DNA of 60,900 nucleotides from Halanaerobiales bacterium (GTDB lineage: Bacteria > Bacillota > Halanaerobiia > Halanaerobiales > M55B127): contig DATGCJ010000060.1 in assembly GCA_035312025.1 (NCBI GenBank), forward strand, positions 1-60,900, given 5' to 3'. The notes beneath the pieces were generated by a model. It was not told where the DNA came from. It made no database searches and worked only from the letters and a program-made list of their open reading frames with translations. The translations under genes were made by a program, and so were the position numbers. Positions 8,585-17,267 of this stretch are shown here, piece after piece; positions within the stretch are counted from its first letter, which is position 1, and each line of letters starts with the position of its first letter.

Positions 8585-10909
8585 TTACTTCTCTTTCTCA
8601 ATATAATCATAAATTCTTTCCGGAATAACCGGCATTTCTTTGATATGGATCCCAATTGCATCCTGAACAGCATTACCTACTGCTGAAGGAATAGAAAGCA
8701 TGGGATGTTCTGCTACACCACGAGCTCCATAGGGTCCGTCTTCTTGAGCATTTTCTATTATAATTGGTTTTAATTCCGGTATATCAGCAATTGAAGGTAC
8801 TTTATAATCAGTAAAAGTATTTGTCAAGAGTCTACCGTCATCACTAAATTGATATCCTTCCATCACAGCGGAACCATAGCCTTGAATTACTCCACCTTCA
8901 ATTTGGCCAATTACATTCTGCTTATTTATAGTTTTACCTACATCGAAAGCAGAAGCGATCTTAATTACTTCCAGTTCACCTGTTTCTTCATCAACAATTA
9001 CTTCTACACCATGGGCTCCATAAGTCCAGTCAAGGGCAGGTAATCCCTGGCCTGTTTCTGGATCAATGTTAGTTAAGCCTTGAGCAATATAGTTACCTCT
9101 TGCAACTAAAGGCCCACCGATTGCATTACCATTTGGATAAGAATAACCCATTGCTAAATCTTTAAAGCTAATATACTTATCTTTATGATGTCTGATTTTT
9201 ACCTTTTCATCTTCTATAATTAAGTCTTCTACAGAACATCTTAAGGGCTCAGAAGCAACTTCTTTTAACTGTTGAGCCATATCCTGACATGCTTTGATGG
9301 TAGCATTACCGGACATAAATAGACCCTTAGAGGCAACAGTTTGCCAATCATAAGGTTGAGTTTCTGTATTTTGTTCCCAGACTACATTTACTTTATCAAT
9401 TGGTATATCAAGCTGATCTGATACAATCTGTGCCAAAGCAGTATAAGTACCTTGACCGTAATCAGTTAAAGAAACAGTTAAGTTAAGAGTACCATTTTCA
9501 TTAAACTTAAGAAAGGCTGCAGTCCCTGTATCGGTAGGCATTGCAGGTGCCTTGTGTAATAAAGCAAGTCCTTTACCTCTTTTTTTGCCGTCCGGCAGAT
9601 CATCAGAACTTCTATTTTCATAATCTATTTCTTCTGCAACAGCTTCCAGACATTCTAGCACTTTACCATGTGATTCACCAATATGTTCACCAGTAATTGT
9701 GACTGAACCTCTCTTTAAGCCATTTTTCATTCTAATATCATAAGGGCTCATTCCTATTTCTTCAGCTACAAGGTCCATCTGTCTTTCAACTGCCCAGAGA
9801 ATCTCTAAGTGGCCAAAACCTCTATAAGCAGTACCAAAAATCTTATTGGTATAGACTGTTTTTGAATCTAGTTTTACATTATCAACTTCATAAGGACCAG
9901 CACCAGCAGTTGCTGCTGCTCTAGTAACATTAACACCATAATCAGCGTTAGCACCACTATCCCATAAATATTCAGATTCAAAAGCAACAATTTTTCCTTC
10001 TTTTGTTACTCCTGTTTTCAATTTGGAATATAAACCTTGTCTAACTGGAACAGAATTAAACTCTTCCATTCTGGACATTACAATCTTAACAGGTCTTCCC
10101 TGAGAAGCCCTTGATAGACAGGTTACTAAAGGTTCAAAATGGATACCTGCTTTTCCACCGAAACCTCCCCCAACATATGGGATTTGTACTTCGATATCTT
10201 CATGGTTTAAATGAAGTCCATTTGCTAATAAATTTCTAACTGCAAAAGGAGATTGAGCAGATGTCCAAATTTTAACTTTCTTACCAGGCATCCACTTCGC
10301 TATTGAAGTATGGGTTTCCAAGGCAGTATGATCAACCATTGGTAATTCAAATTCATTTTCTATGATATAATCTGCTTCTTCGAAACCTTTCTCAATATCA
10401 CCTTTTCTGATCTTAGTATGGTGTGCAATATTGGTTCCCGGTTTTGGAAAAAAGACAGGCGCACTTTCTAATTCTCCTAAATTTTCATGAACTAATGGCG
10501 CGTCTTCTTTAACAGCTTCTTTGACATCTAATGCTGCCTCTAATTTTTCATATTCAATATCTATAAGTTCAATAGCTTTTTCTGCAATTTCTTCTGTTTC
10601 AGCTGCAACTGCAACAACTGGTTCACCTTGATACCTCACCTTGTCGACAGCTAATATGTCTTTATCTACCAGGTAAAGCCCTACTTTATAGGGAAGGTCT
10701 TTCCCGGTCAGTACTGTCCAGACTCCTGGTAATTTTTCTGCTTCTGAGGAATCTATATTAACTATTTTAGCATGGGCATGAGGGCTTAACTTCATTTTGG
10801 CATGCAGCATACCCTGTAATTCCATGTCATGAACAAAGGTTGCACTACCCGTAACTTTTTCTAATGCTTTAATTCTATTTACACTTTTACCAATCATCTC
10901 TTCACTCAC
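8585..10909 (-). CDS. xanthine dehydrogenase/aldehyde oxidase family molybdopterin-binding large subunit
   Basis: 774 aa, with an N-terminal a/b-hammerhead region (KVTGSATF), the VGGGFGGK motif and a C-terminal ARGVAEHP carrying the catalytic Glu. It is adjacent to the small and medium subunits. Confidence 0.9.
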   Translation of the reverse strand: MSEEMIGKSVNRIKALEKVTGSATFVHDMELQGMLHAKMKLSPHAHAKIVNIDSSEAEKLPGVWTVLTGKDLPYKVGLYLVDKDILAVDKVRYQGEPVVAVAAETEEIAEKAIELIDIEYEKLEAALDVKEAVKEDAPLVHENLGELESAPVFFPKPGTNIAHHTKIRKGDIEKGFEEADYIIENEFELPMVDHTALETHTSIAKWMPGKKVKIWTSAQSPFAVRNLLANGLHLNHEDIEVQIPYVGGGFGGKAGIHFEPLVTCLSRASQGRPVKIVMSRMEEFNSVPVRQGLYSKLKTGVTKEGKIVAFESEYLWDSGANADYGVNVTRAAATAGAGPYEVDNVKLDSKTVYTNKIFGTAYRGFGHLEILWAVERQMDLVAEEIGMSPYDIRMKNGLKRGSVTITGEHIGESHGKVLECLEAVAEEIDYENRSSDDLPDGKKRGKGLALLHKAPAMPTDTGTAAFLKFNENGTLNLTVSLTDYGQGTYTALAQIVSDQLDIPIDKVNVVWEQNTETQPYDWQTVASKGLFMSGNATIKACQDMAQQLKEVASEPLRCSVEDLIIEDEKVKIRHHKDKYISFKDLAMGYSYPNGNAIGGPLVARGNYIAQGLTNIDPETGQGLPALDWTYGAHGVEVIVDEETGELEVIKIASAFDVGKTINKQNVIGQIEGGVIQGYGSAVMEGYQFSDDGRLLTNTFTDYKVPSIADIPELKPIIIENAQEDGPYGARGVAEHPMLSIPSAVGNAVQDAIGIHIKEMPVIPERIYDYIEKEK

Positions 10910-10911
10910 TA

Positions 10912-11382
10912 TTAGTTGCCCCCCTTCTTCTCAGCTGCACGTTTTACCGCATTTCTAATAGAGTAATATCCTGTACAGCGACAAATATTACCTGATAAAG
11001 CAATATCAATATCTTCATCAGAAGGATTAGGATTTCTATCTAATAATGCCTTTGTAGACATAACCATACCTGGTGTACAAAAACCACATTGAATAGCATT
11101 CTCTTCAATAAAAGCTTTTTGTATATCGCTGATCTCTTCACCGATCGACTGTCCTTCAATAGTTTCTATTTCAGAACCATCCGCTTCTACAGATAAAATT
11201 AAACAACTTGTTACAGCCTTACCATCCATGATAACAGTACAGGCGCCACATTCTCCTTCTCCACAACCTTCTTTTGCACCAGTAAAATTTAATTTTTTTC
11301 TTAGGGTATCAAGAAGAATTTCATTTTCCTGTACTTCTAATTCAAAAATTCTTCCATTTACTGTTAGATTAATGGTTTTCAT
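10912..11382 (-). CDS. (2Fe-2S)-binding small subunit of the Mo hydroxylase
   Basis: Has both cluster motifs, CGEGECGACTV and CGFCTPG...CRCTGY. Length is 156 aa. Confidence 0.9.
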   Translation of the reverse strand: MKTINLTVNGRIFELEVQENEILLDTLRKKLNFTGAKEGCGEGECGACTVIMDGKAVTSCLILSVEADGSEIETIEGQSIGEEISDIQKAFIEENAIQCGFCTPGMVMSTKALLDRNPNPSDEDIDIALSGNICRCTGYYSIRNAVKRAAEKKGGN

Positions 11383-12236
11383 TATTTATCACCTGCTTCC
11401 CATAAACTGGAAAGAATTCTTTTTGTATAAACTTCAGATAGCTTTTTTCTATATTTTTTTGTACTTCTTACATCGTCAATCGGATTAATGTTATCTAAAA
11501 TTCTGTTAACAATTTTCCCCTGCTTTTCTTCAAAAGAGCCATCTGCAAATAAAAGATCACTAACATCTACATAAACTGGGGTTGGAGCTACTGCGCCTAA
11601 AGCAAATGCAAGATATTCTTCTGCTTTAGATAGATACCCTGCTACCCCTATTCCACTTAAATCAGGACCTTTAGTTCTTCTTTTTTTGAGATAAGCTCCC
11701 TTGCCATCTTCAGCATGTTTTTGTACTATTAAGCCTTTGACTACTTCTTTATCTTTTAATACATTGCTTTTTACTCCTGTCGCAAACTCATCTAAAGGAA
11801 CCTCTCTACTTCCCTCTTTACTTTCAATTAAAACGGTAGTCTTTAGTACTAATAAGCTGGGAAACATATCTGCACCCGGGGAAGTAGTACATAAGTTGCC
11901 AACAACTGTTGCTCTATTACGAACCTGGTGAGCTGCAACTTCTAAAGCTGCATCTGCTAATATTTTATAATCATTATTAACCAGTTCACTGTCGATTATT
12001 TCATTACAAGTTACAGTTCCACCTATAAATAAACCAGCATCTCTTTCTTCTATTTTACCAAAATCTTTAATACCTTTAACATCAATAATATAATCAGGTT
12101 TTCTTGTCTTATGTTTCATATCAACAAAAAGGTCTGTTCCACCCGCTAACAAGGCGGATTCGCCCTCATTATTATCTAAAATTTCAAATAATTCTTCTAA
12201 TTTTGTTGGTTTAAAATAATCAAATTTATTTAACAT
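11382..12236 (-). CDS. FAD-binding medium subunit of the Mo hydroxylase (CoxM/XdhB-like)
   Basis: 284 aa, with LLAGGTDL and the ATVGGNL FAD-binding motifs. The stop/start is coupled to the 2Fe-2S subunit. Confidence 0.85.
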   Translation of the reverse strand: MLNKFDYFKPTKLEELFEILDNNEGESALLAGGTDLFVDMKHKTRKPDYIIDVKGIKDFGKIEERDAGLFIGGTVTCNEIIDSELVNNDYKILADAALEVAAHQVRNRATVVGNLCTTSPGADMFPSLLVLKTTVLIESKEGSREVPLDEFATGVKSNVLKDKEVVKGLIVQKHAEDGKGAYLKKRRTKGPDLSGIGVAGYLSKAEEYLAFALGAVAPTPVYVDVSDLLFADGSFEEKQGKIVNRILDNINPIDDVRSTKKYRKKLSEVYTKRILSSLWEAGDK

Positions 12237-12267
12237 TAATATTTTTCACCTCCAACGAATTCCAAAA

Positions 12268-13200
12268 CTACTTGGTAATTCTGGTACCAGCATTACCATG
12301 AACGGCTTCTAACACTTTTTCTATAGAAGTTATTATAGCCATTTCTCCGCCGCTTTCTACAAAATCACAAGCAGCCTGTACTTTTGGTTTCATACTTCCT
12401 TCACCAAAATGACCTTTTTCAATATGTTCTTCCATTTCATTAACTTTAATTTCTCCGATTGCTTCTTCGTCTTTTTTACCATAATTAATATATGCATTTG
12501 AAACATCAGTTAAAACTAAGAAAATATCCGAATCTATTTCTTCAGCTAAAAGACAGCCTGCTCTATCTTTATCAATTACTGCCTCTACACCATGTATCTT
12601 ATTATCTTTATTAACAACTGGAATTCCTCCCCCACCTGATGCAATAACAATCTCTCCATTTCTTACAAGATCATTAATTATGGGAGCTTCAATAATTTTC
12701 TCAGGGATGGGTGAAGGTACAACTTTTCTCCAGCCTCTGCCACTGTCTTCAATCCAATCTTCTCCCTTTTCTTTTACCATCTTATCAGCATGTTCTTTGT
12801 CATAAAAAGGTCCAACAGGTTTGGTCGGGTTATCAAAAGCACTATCTTCTTTATTAACTAAAACTTGAGTTACTACAGTTGCTACATTTCTATCTAAACC
12901 TAATTCAGCAAAAACATTATGCAAACTATTTTGAAGCATATAACCGATAAATCCTTGAGTCTGAGAGCCACAAACATCAAGAGGCATAGCTGGAACAGAA
13001 TCTTTTGCCTTATCCTGTTGAATTAAAATATTTCCCACTTGAGGACCATTACCATGTGTTATTACTACTTCATGACCATCATTAACTAGTTGACCGATCT
13101 GTTTACTGGTAGATAAAACATTTTCAAACTGTTCTTTTGCAGTTCCATCCTGACCTGGTTGTAATATTGCATTCCCACCTAATGCGATAGTTAATTTCAT
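12268..13200 (-). CDS. arcC: carbamate kinase
   Basis: The N-terminus reads IALGGNAIL...VITHGNGPQVGN. Length is 310 aa and the sequence is collinear with the ArcC family. Confidence 0.9.
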   Translation of the reverse strand: MKLTIALGGNAILQPGQDGTAKEQFENVLSTSKQIGQLVNDGHEVVITHGNGPQVGNILIQQDKAKDSVPAMPLDVCGSQTQGFIGYMLQNSLHNVFAELGLDRNVATVVTQVLVNKEDSAFDNPTKPVGPFYDKEHADKMVKEKGEDWIEDSGRGWRKVVPSPIPEKIIEAPIINDLVRNGEIVIASGGGGIPVVNKDNKIHGVEAVIDKDRAGCLLAEEIDSDIFLVLTDVSNAYINYGKKDEEAIGEIKVNEMEEHIEKGHFGEGSMKPKVQAACDFVESGGEMAIITSIEKVLEAVHGNAGTRITK

Positions 13201-13227
13201 TTATATTCCTCCATTTATTGTATTTAT

Positions 13228-13267
13228 TTAAAAGTAAAGAAAGGAACCCTGTGGTAAGCAGGATTCC
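13228..13267 (-). terminator. terminator-like hairpin between the cyclase gene and carbamate kinase
   Basis: The minus strand reads GGAATCCTG-CTTACCA-CAGGGTTCC, 9 bp with one G-U pair. That pair would be a C-A mismatch on the plus strand. It is followed by TTTCTTTACTTTT. Confidence 0.4.
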
Positions 13268-13283
13268 ATCTTATTACTTATAT

Positions 13284-14042
13284 TTACTCTTCTTCTACAA
13301 AAGCAACTGCGCGTCCAATACTAGATTCTAAATCTACACCTTTCCATGGGAAGAATCCTATTTTACATCTCTTATTAAGAATTTTATCAATTTCTCCCCC
13401 AATGTTTTCAGCGTGGATAATTCCTTCTGGGAATAACTTAGTGTGCATTAGCTGTCTGCTTTCTGGATGAGAGAATACTTCATCTAATGGTGCACCAAGG
13501 TGTTCTTCGGCTTCTTTTGCCAGATCAGGTCTTAGCTTTTTACAAACTGTATTCATCGGGTGATCAGCAGAACCACAGTCAACACCGATCCATTTCAACT
13601 TTTTCTCCATTGCCCAATGAGCAAATTCCATGTTTGGACCAGGGTGTTTCATAAAGTATCTTTCTTCATCTGCCTCAGGTTGATCCCAACCATATTTATG
13701 GTAACCAGTATTGATTATTAAGACATCGCCTTCTTTTACTTCTACTCTTTCTTCAATCATTTCTGATGTATATATATCATAGTCTTCTACTGCATCGCTT
13801 AGATCTACTATTACTCCCTCACCAAATAGATCTTCTAATGGAATGCTGGCCATATCTCTTCCAGCAGTCCAGAAGTGTCTTTCACCATCTAAATGAGTAC
13901 CAATATGGTTACTAGTTTTAATAATTTGTCCGTTTACTCTTTCAGTTGAAAGACGCTTGAAGTATTTTAGTTCTAAAGGTTCATATGTTGGCCATGGGGG
14001 TGTAGAAACACCTATTTTTTGAGTTAAGTCATATAATTTCAT
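13284..14042 (-). CDS. cyclase-family metal-dependent amidohydrolase (kynurenine formamidase/isatin hydrolase-like)
   Basis: Has the HxGTHxD motif (NHIGTHLDGERH), then TGY...GVD and a HAENI-type C-terminal motif. Length is 252 aa. Confidence 0.8.
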   Translation of the reverse strand: MKLYDLTQKIGVSTPPWPTYEPLELKYFKRLSTERVNGQIIKTSNHIGTHLDGERHFWTAGRDMASIPLEDLFGEGVIVDLSDAVEDYDIYTSEMIEERVEVKEGDVLIINTGYHKYGWDQPEADEERYFMKHPGPNMEFAHWAMEKKLKWIGVDCGSADHPMNTVCKKLRPDLAKEAEEHLGAPLDEVFSHPESRQLMHTKLFPEGIIHAENIGGEIDKILNKRCKIGFFPWKGVDLESSIGRAVAFVEEE

Positions 14043-14057
14043 TAATAATCTCTCCTT

Positions 14058-15482
14058 TTATTTAATATATTTTTGGGCAAAAGCCCTTATTGCCTTTTTG
14101 AAACACTCTTCAGGTGGGTCTACTAAACCTGCTCCGATTTGTCCAATTCCTGGTTCTTTATGAGCAATACCGGTATTAATTGCCGGTAAGATTCCGGTTT
14201 CAATTATCTTACGGAGGTCGATACCGGTCGGAGTTCCTCTAAAGTTAAGAGGTGGTATAGTAAAGTTCTCATTTTCAGTAACTGTTATTTCATACATATC
14301 TCTTGTAAATTTAATAGAATCAGAAACAGTACCTCCTACAAATCCTACTATGGCTGGGGCAGCTGCCATTGCAAAACCACCTACAGCAGCAGTTTCAGAA
14401 ATTGTAGAATCTCCTAAGTCCCGGCAGGCATCTTCTTCAGTATAACCTGGGAAATAAAGTCCATCAACTTTTTGGGCTTCACCGACAAACCAATCATCAC
14501 CTAAGCCGCTTACTCTGATACCAAAGTGTACACCATTTCTAGCCATTGCTGTTAGGACTGTACTATATTCTATTCCATGTGCAGCATCCATAGTCGCTTT
14601 GGAGGCAGGCATTGATAAGTTTAAATAGAAATGTTCATTTCCAGACATAAATTCTATAATTTCTTTTATTGTTTCGTTATCATAATCAGTTTGTAAGAGG
14701 TAGGGTGTAATTTCTCTTATAAACAAGGAGGTGCCTGCTTTATTTCTATTATGAACTTCATCACCCATGTGAAGGGCTTGAGAAGTTATATTTTTTAAGT
14801 TTATACCATCTTCAGTTTTGCGCAAAGCCTCTCCTATGGCTGGACCTAACACTTTTTCCATCCATTTTAATTTTTCGATAACTTCCGGTCCATTGGCACC
14901 AAATCTTAATACTTTTCCTAATCCTTCATTAAGTGTTGTATAGGCTGTGTTACCATAAGTCTTATTTTCAACTACCCAAACAGGCATGGAGGGTGAAACA
15001 ATACCTGTCATAGGGCCTACAGCATTATGGTGGTGAGCAGGATCAAAAGTAACTTCACCAGCATCTAACATCGCCCGGGCAGATTCTTCATCTTCAGCCC
15101 AACCTTCATAAATACAGGCACCAATTGCTGCACCCTGCATTGGTCCAGACATATCTTCCCATTTTTCAGGAGGGGCAGCATGTAAAATCATTTTACCTTC
15201 AAAATTTGGTAAAACATCTTTAGCAGTTTGAACATCAACCACTACAGGTTCACTTTTTTGCATCCGTTCAACAGCTTCTTCATTCGCTTTTTCAATTTTA
15301 TCACTTATTTTTTCTATATCATCTAACAATGCAGCCATTTCTTTATCTCCACCCGCGGGTGGCTTCCAATCAACCTGGACTGCATCATAACCTTCATCTT
15401 TTAAATTCTCAGAAAAAGATTCTAATCCAATATTTATTACTTTCAAATCTTCTTTAAATAAATCTTCTAGTTTCTTACCCAT
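14058..15482 (-). CDS. DUF1116 protein (YlbE-like)
   Basis: 474 aa, immediately downstream of fdrA, as in the E. coli fdrA-ylbE-ylbF arrangement. The assignment rests on size, context and remembered family resemblance, not on a search. Confidence 0.7.
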   Translation of the reverse strand: MGKKLEDLFKEDLKVINIGLESFSENLKDEGYDAVQVDWKPPAGGDKEMAALLDDIEKISDKIEKANEEAVERMQKSEPVVVDVQTAKDVLPNFEGKMILHAAPPEKWEDMSGPMQGAAIGACIYEGWAEDEESARAMLDAGEVTFDPAHHHNAVGPMTGIVSPSMPVWVVENKTYGNTAYTTLNEGLGKVLRFGANGPEVIEKLKWMEKVLGPAIGEALRKTEDGINLKNITSQALHMGDEVHNRNKAGTSLFIREITPYLLQTDYDNETIKEIIEFMSGNEHFYLNLSMPASKATMDAAHGIEYSTVLTAMARNGVHFGIRVSGLGDDWFVGEAQKVDGLYFPGYTEEDACRDLGDSTISETAAVGGFAMAAAPAIVGFVGGTVSDSIKFTRDMYEITVTENENFTIPPLNFRGTPTGIDLRKIIETGILPAINTGIAHKEPGIGQIGAGLVDPPEECFKKAIRAFAQKYIK

Positions 15483-15496
15483 ATTATCTCTCCCCC

Positions 15497-17059
15497 TTAT
15501 TTAAGATCACTTAATATTTTATTCACTACGCGCACAGCCTGAACATTTGTGGGGAGTACCTTAGCTCCAACCTCACGTAATTTTTCTTCTTGTGCCTGAA
15601 GATTTTGAGGATCTTTATCAGTGCCGCATACAGAAGCGATAACTGATAGATAGCCGCCGCGTTCAGTGACTTTTTCTTTAGCTTCTTTAATAACTTTTGC
15701 TGCTTCTCCAGCTGGGTCCAGATGTGAACCATAGCCTAATACAATATCTAAAAGAATAACTGCTGTTTCTTTATCATCTGCTTCTTTTATTAGTCTCTCA
15801 TTTCTTAATGAGGGTTCAATCATAGGATGTGGTTTACCTCTTGTAAATTCATCTTCACCTAAATCAATAACTGTATCTTTTATACTTTTGAGATCTTCCT
15901 TTAATCCCAATTCTTCTTTTAATGGAATATTAGAATAAATATCTCCAGATTTCTCAGATAATAGTATAACTGCCTCACTGCATAAAGTTCCACCAGTATA
16001 TAATCCTCTAAGATATTTTTGTTCTGAAGACATTTTATTAACTTCTTCTTTGGCAATTTCAGCTATTTCTTCTTTTGTTAAACCAGCAGCAGAAACTTTA
16101 TCTTCACCTTTAACAAAGGCAGCTGCTTTTAAAGCTGCGTCCTCTAGGGTGTCTGCCCAAATAGCATCAGTACCTTCTATAACAGAAGGGTCACCACCTA
16201 AAAAGTTAACAATGACCGGTTTAGATAATTTCTTTACTTCATCCATTATTTTTTTACTTACTTCTTCAGCAGGGGGTTTAGATATAAGCACGATTACCTC
16301 AGTCTCATCATCTTTATCTAAAGCTTTCATATCTTTTATCATTTCAACACCTTTTACCTTAAACTTAAGGTCGCGTCCACCTGTACCTATAACCTGAGAT
16401 AATCCAACCCCCTGTCTATCAATTAAACTTGATACAGCTTGAGCGCCAGTACCTGAGGCAGCTACAATACCTACTGGGCCTTTATTTACAACATTAGCAA
16501 AAGCTAATGGTGCTCCATTGATTATAGCTGTACCACAGTCTGGTCCCATAAGTAAGAGATCTTTCTTACTAGCTATTTTCTTAAGTTCAATCTCATCTTC
16601 AACAGGTACATTATCACTAAACAGCATTACGTGCAGACCTTTTTTCAAAGCCTTCCGTGCTTCACGTGCTGCATATTCACCGGGTACTGAAATTATTACT
16701 AAGTTTGCATCCGGTTGAACATCTAATGCACCATCTAAAGAACCAGGCTTGTACTCTTTTTCTTTATCTGAAGAATCTTTTTGTTCTGCTAACATTTCAT
16801 TAGTTTTTTCAATTGCTTTGTTTAATACTTCTTCTTCACCATCTATCACAATTACCAAATCATTTGGCTTTGCAGATTCGGCTTCAGGTACTAAAAGTCC
16901 AGCGGACTCTAAAATACCTTTATTAGCTTCAGTACCCATTACTATTGTTGCTTCCTTAACTCCATTGATAGCCTTAACATCTTTGGAAATTGACATTAAG
17001 GTAACAGAATCAAAGTAGGTACCTTCTTTAATTAAAGCTTTTTTTGCCATCCTTAACAA
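15497..17059 (-). CDS. fdrA: FdrA family protein (succinyl-CoA synthetase alpha-like fold)
   Basis: The N-terminus KEGTYFDSVTLMSISKDV...VMGTEANK closely parallels E. coli FdrA (KKGCFQDSVSLM...MMGTPANK). There is a central CoA-ligase-like region, GPDCGTAIING. Length is 520 aa. Confidence 0.85.
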   Translation of the reverse strand: MLRMAKKALIKEGTYFDSVTLMSISKDVKAINGVKEATIVMGTEANKGILESAGLLVPEAESAKPNDLVIVIDGEEEVLNKAIEKTNEMLAEQKDSSDKEKEYKPGSLDGALDVQPDANLVIISVPGEYAAREARKALKKGLHVMLFSDNVPVEDEIELKKIASKKDLLLMGPDCGTAIINGAPLAFANVVNKGPVGIVAASGTGAQAVSSLIDRQGVGLSQVIGTGGRDLKFKVKGVEMIKDMKALDKDDETEVIVLISKPPAEEVSKKIMDEVKKLSKPVIVNFLGGDPSVIEGTDAIWADTLEDAALKAAAFVKGEDKVSAAGLTKEEIAEIAKEEVNKMSSEQKYLRGLYTGGTLCSEAVILLSEKSGDIYSNIPLKEELGLKEDLKSIKDTVIDLGEDEFTRGKPHPMIEPSLRNERLIKEADDKETAVILLDIVLGYGSHLDPAGEAAKVIKEAKEKVTERGGYLSVIASVCGTDKDPQNLQAQEEKLREVGAKVLPTNVQAVRVVNKILSDLK

Positions 17060-17267
17060 CTCCTTTATGATTTATCATTTTTTATAACTCACTAGTTCAA
17101 TGTAAAAATCATCTCTTATTTAAATTACTAAATCATATGCCTAAATAGTTATACCTAATAAAATATCGAATAAAGATTTTTTGGTACTAATCAATAACTT
17201 CTTGCAATATATTTAGAATTCCTTTGTAATATTTTACAAATATTTAATATTTCTTTTGTATGAAATC

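Noticed and set aside
15526-15732. A 68-aa minus-strand ORF and several 60-115-aa ORFs overlapping fdrA, plus similar small ORFs inside fabF, fabH and ackA.
   Set aside because: These are alternative frames inside strongly supported genes, with no independent signals.
6228-17059. An alternative reading of the island as an oxalurate to oxamate to oxalate to oxalyl-CoA route (allantoin/purine end-pathway). In this reading the CoA-transferase would be formyl-CoA:oxalate transferase.
   Set aside because: There is no ThDP-dependent oxalyl-CoA decarboxylase. There are no enzymes that produce oxalurate (allantoinase, allantoate amidohydrolase, ureidoglycolate dehydrogenase). The decarboxylase present is a biotin/carboxyltransferase type, which needs a malonyl-type thioester, not oxalyl-CoA. 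The transporter is UraA-like. This reading is kept only as the main competing hypothesis.
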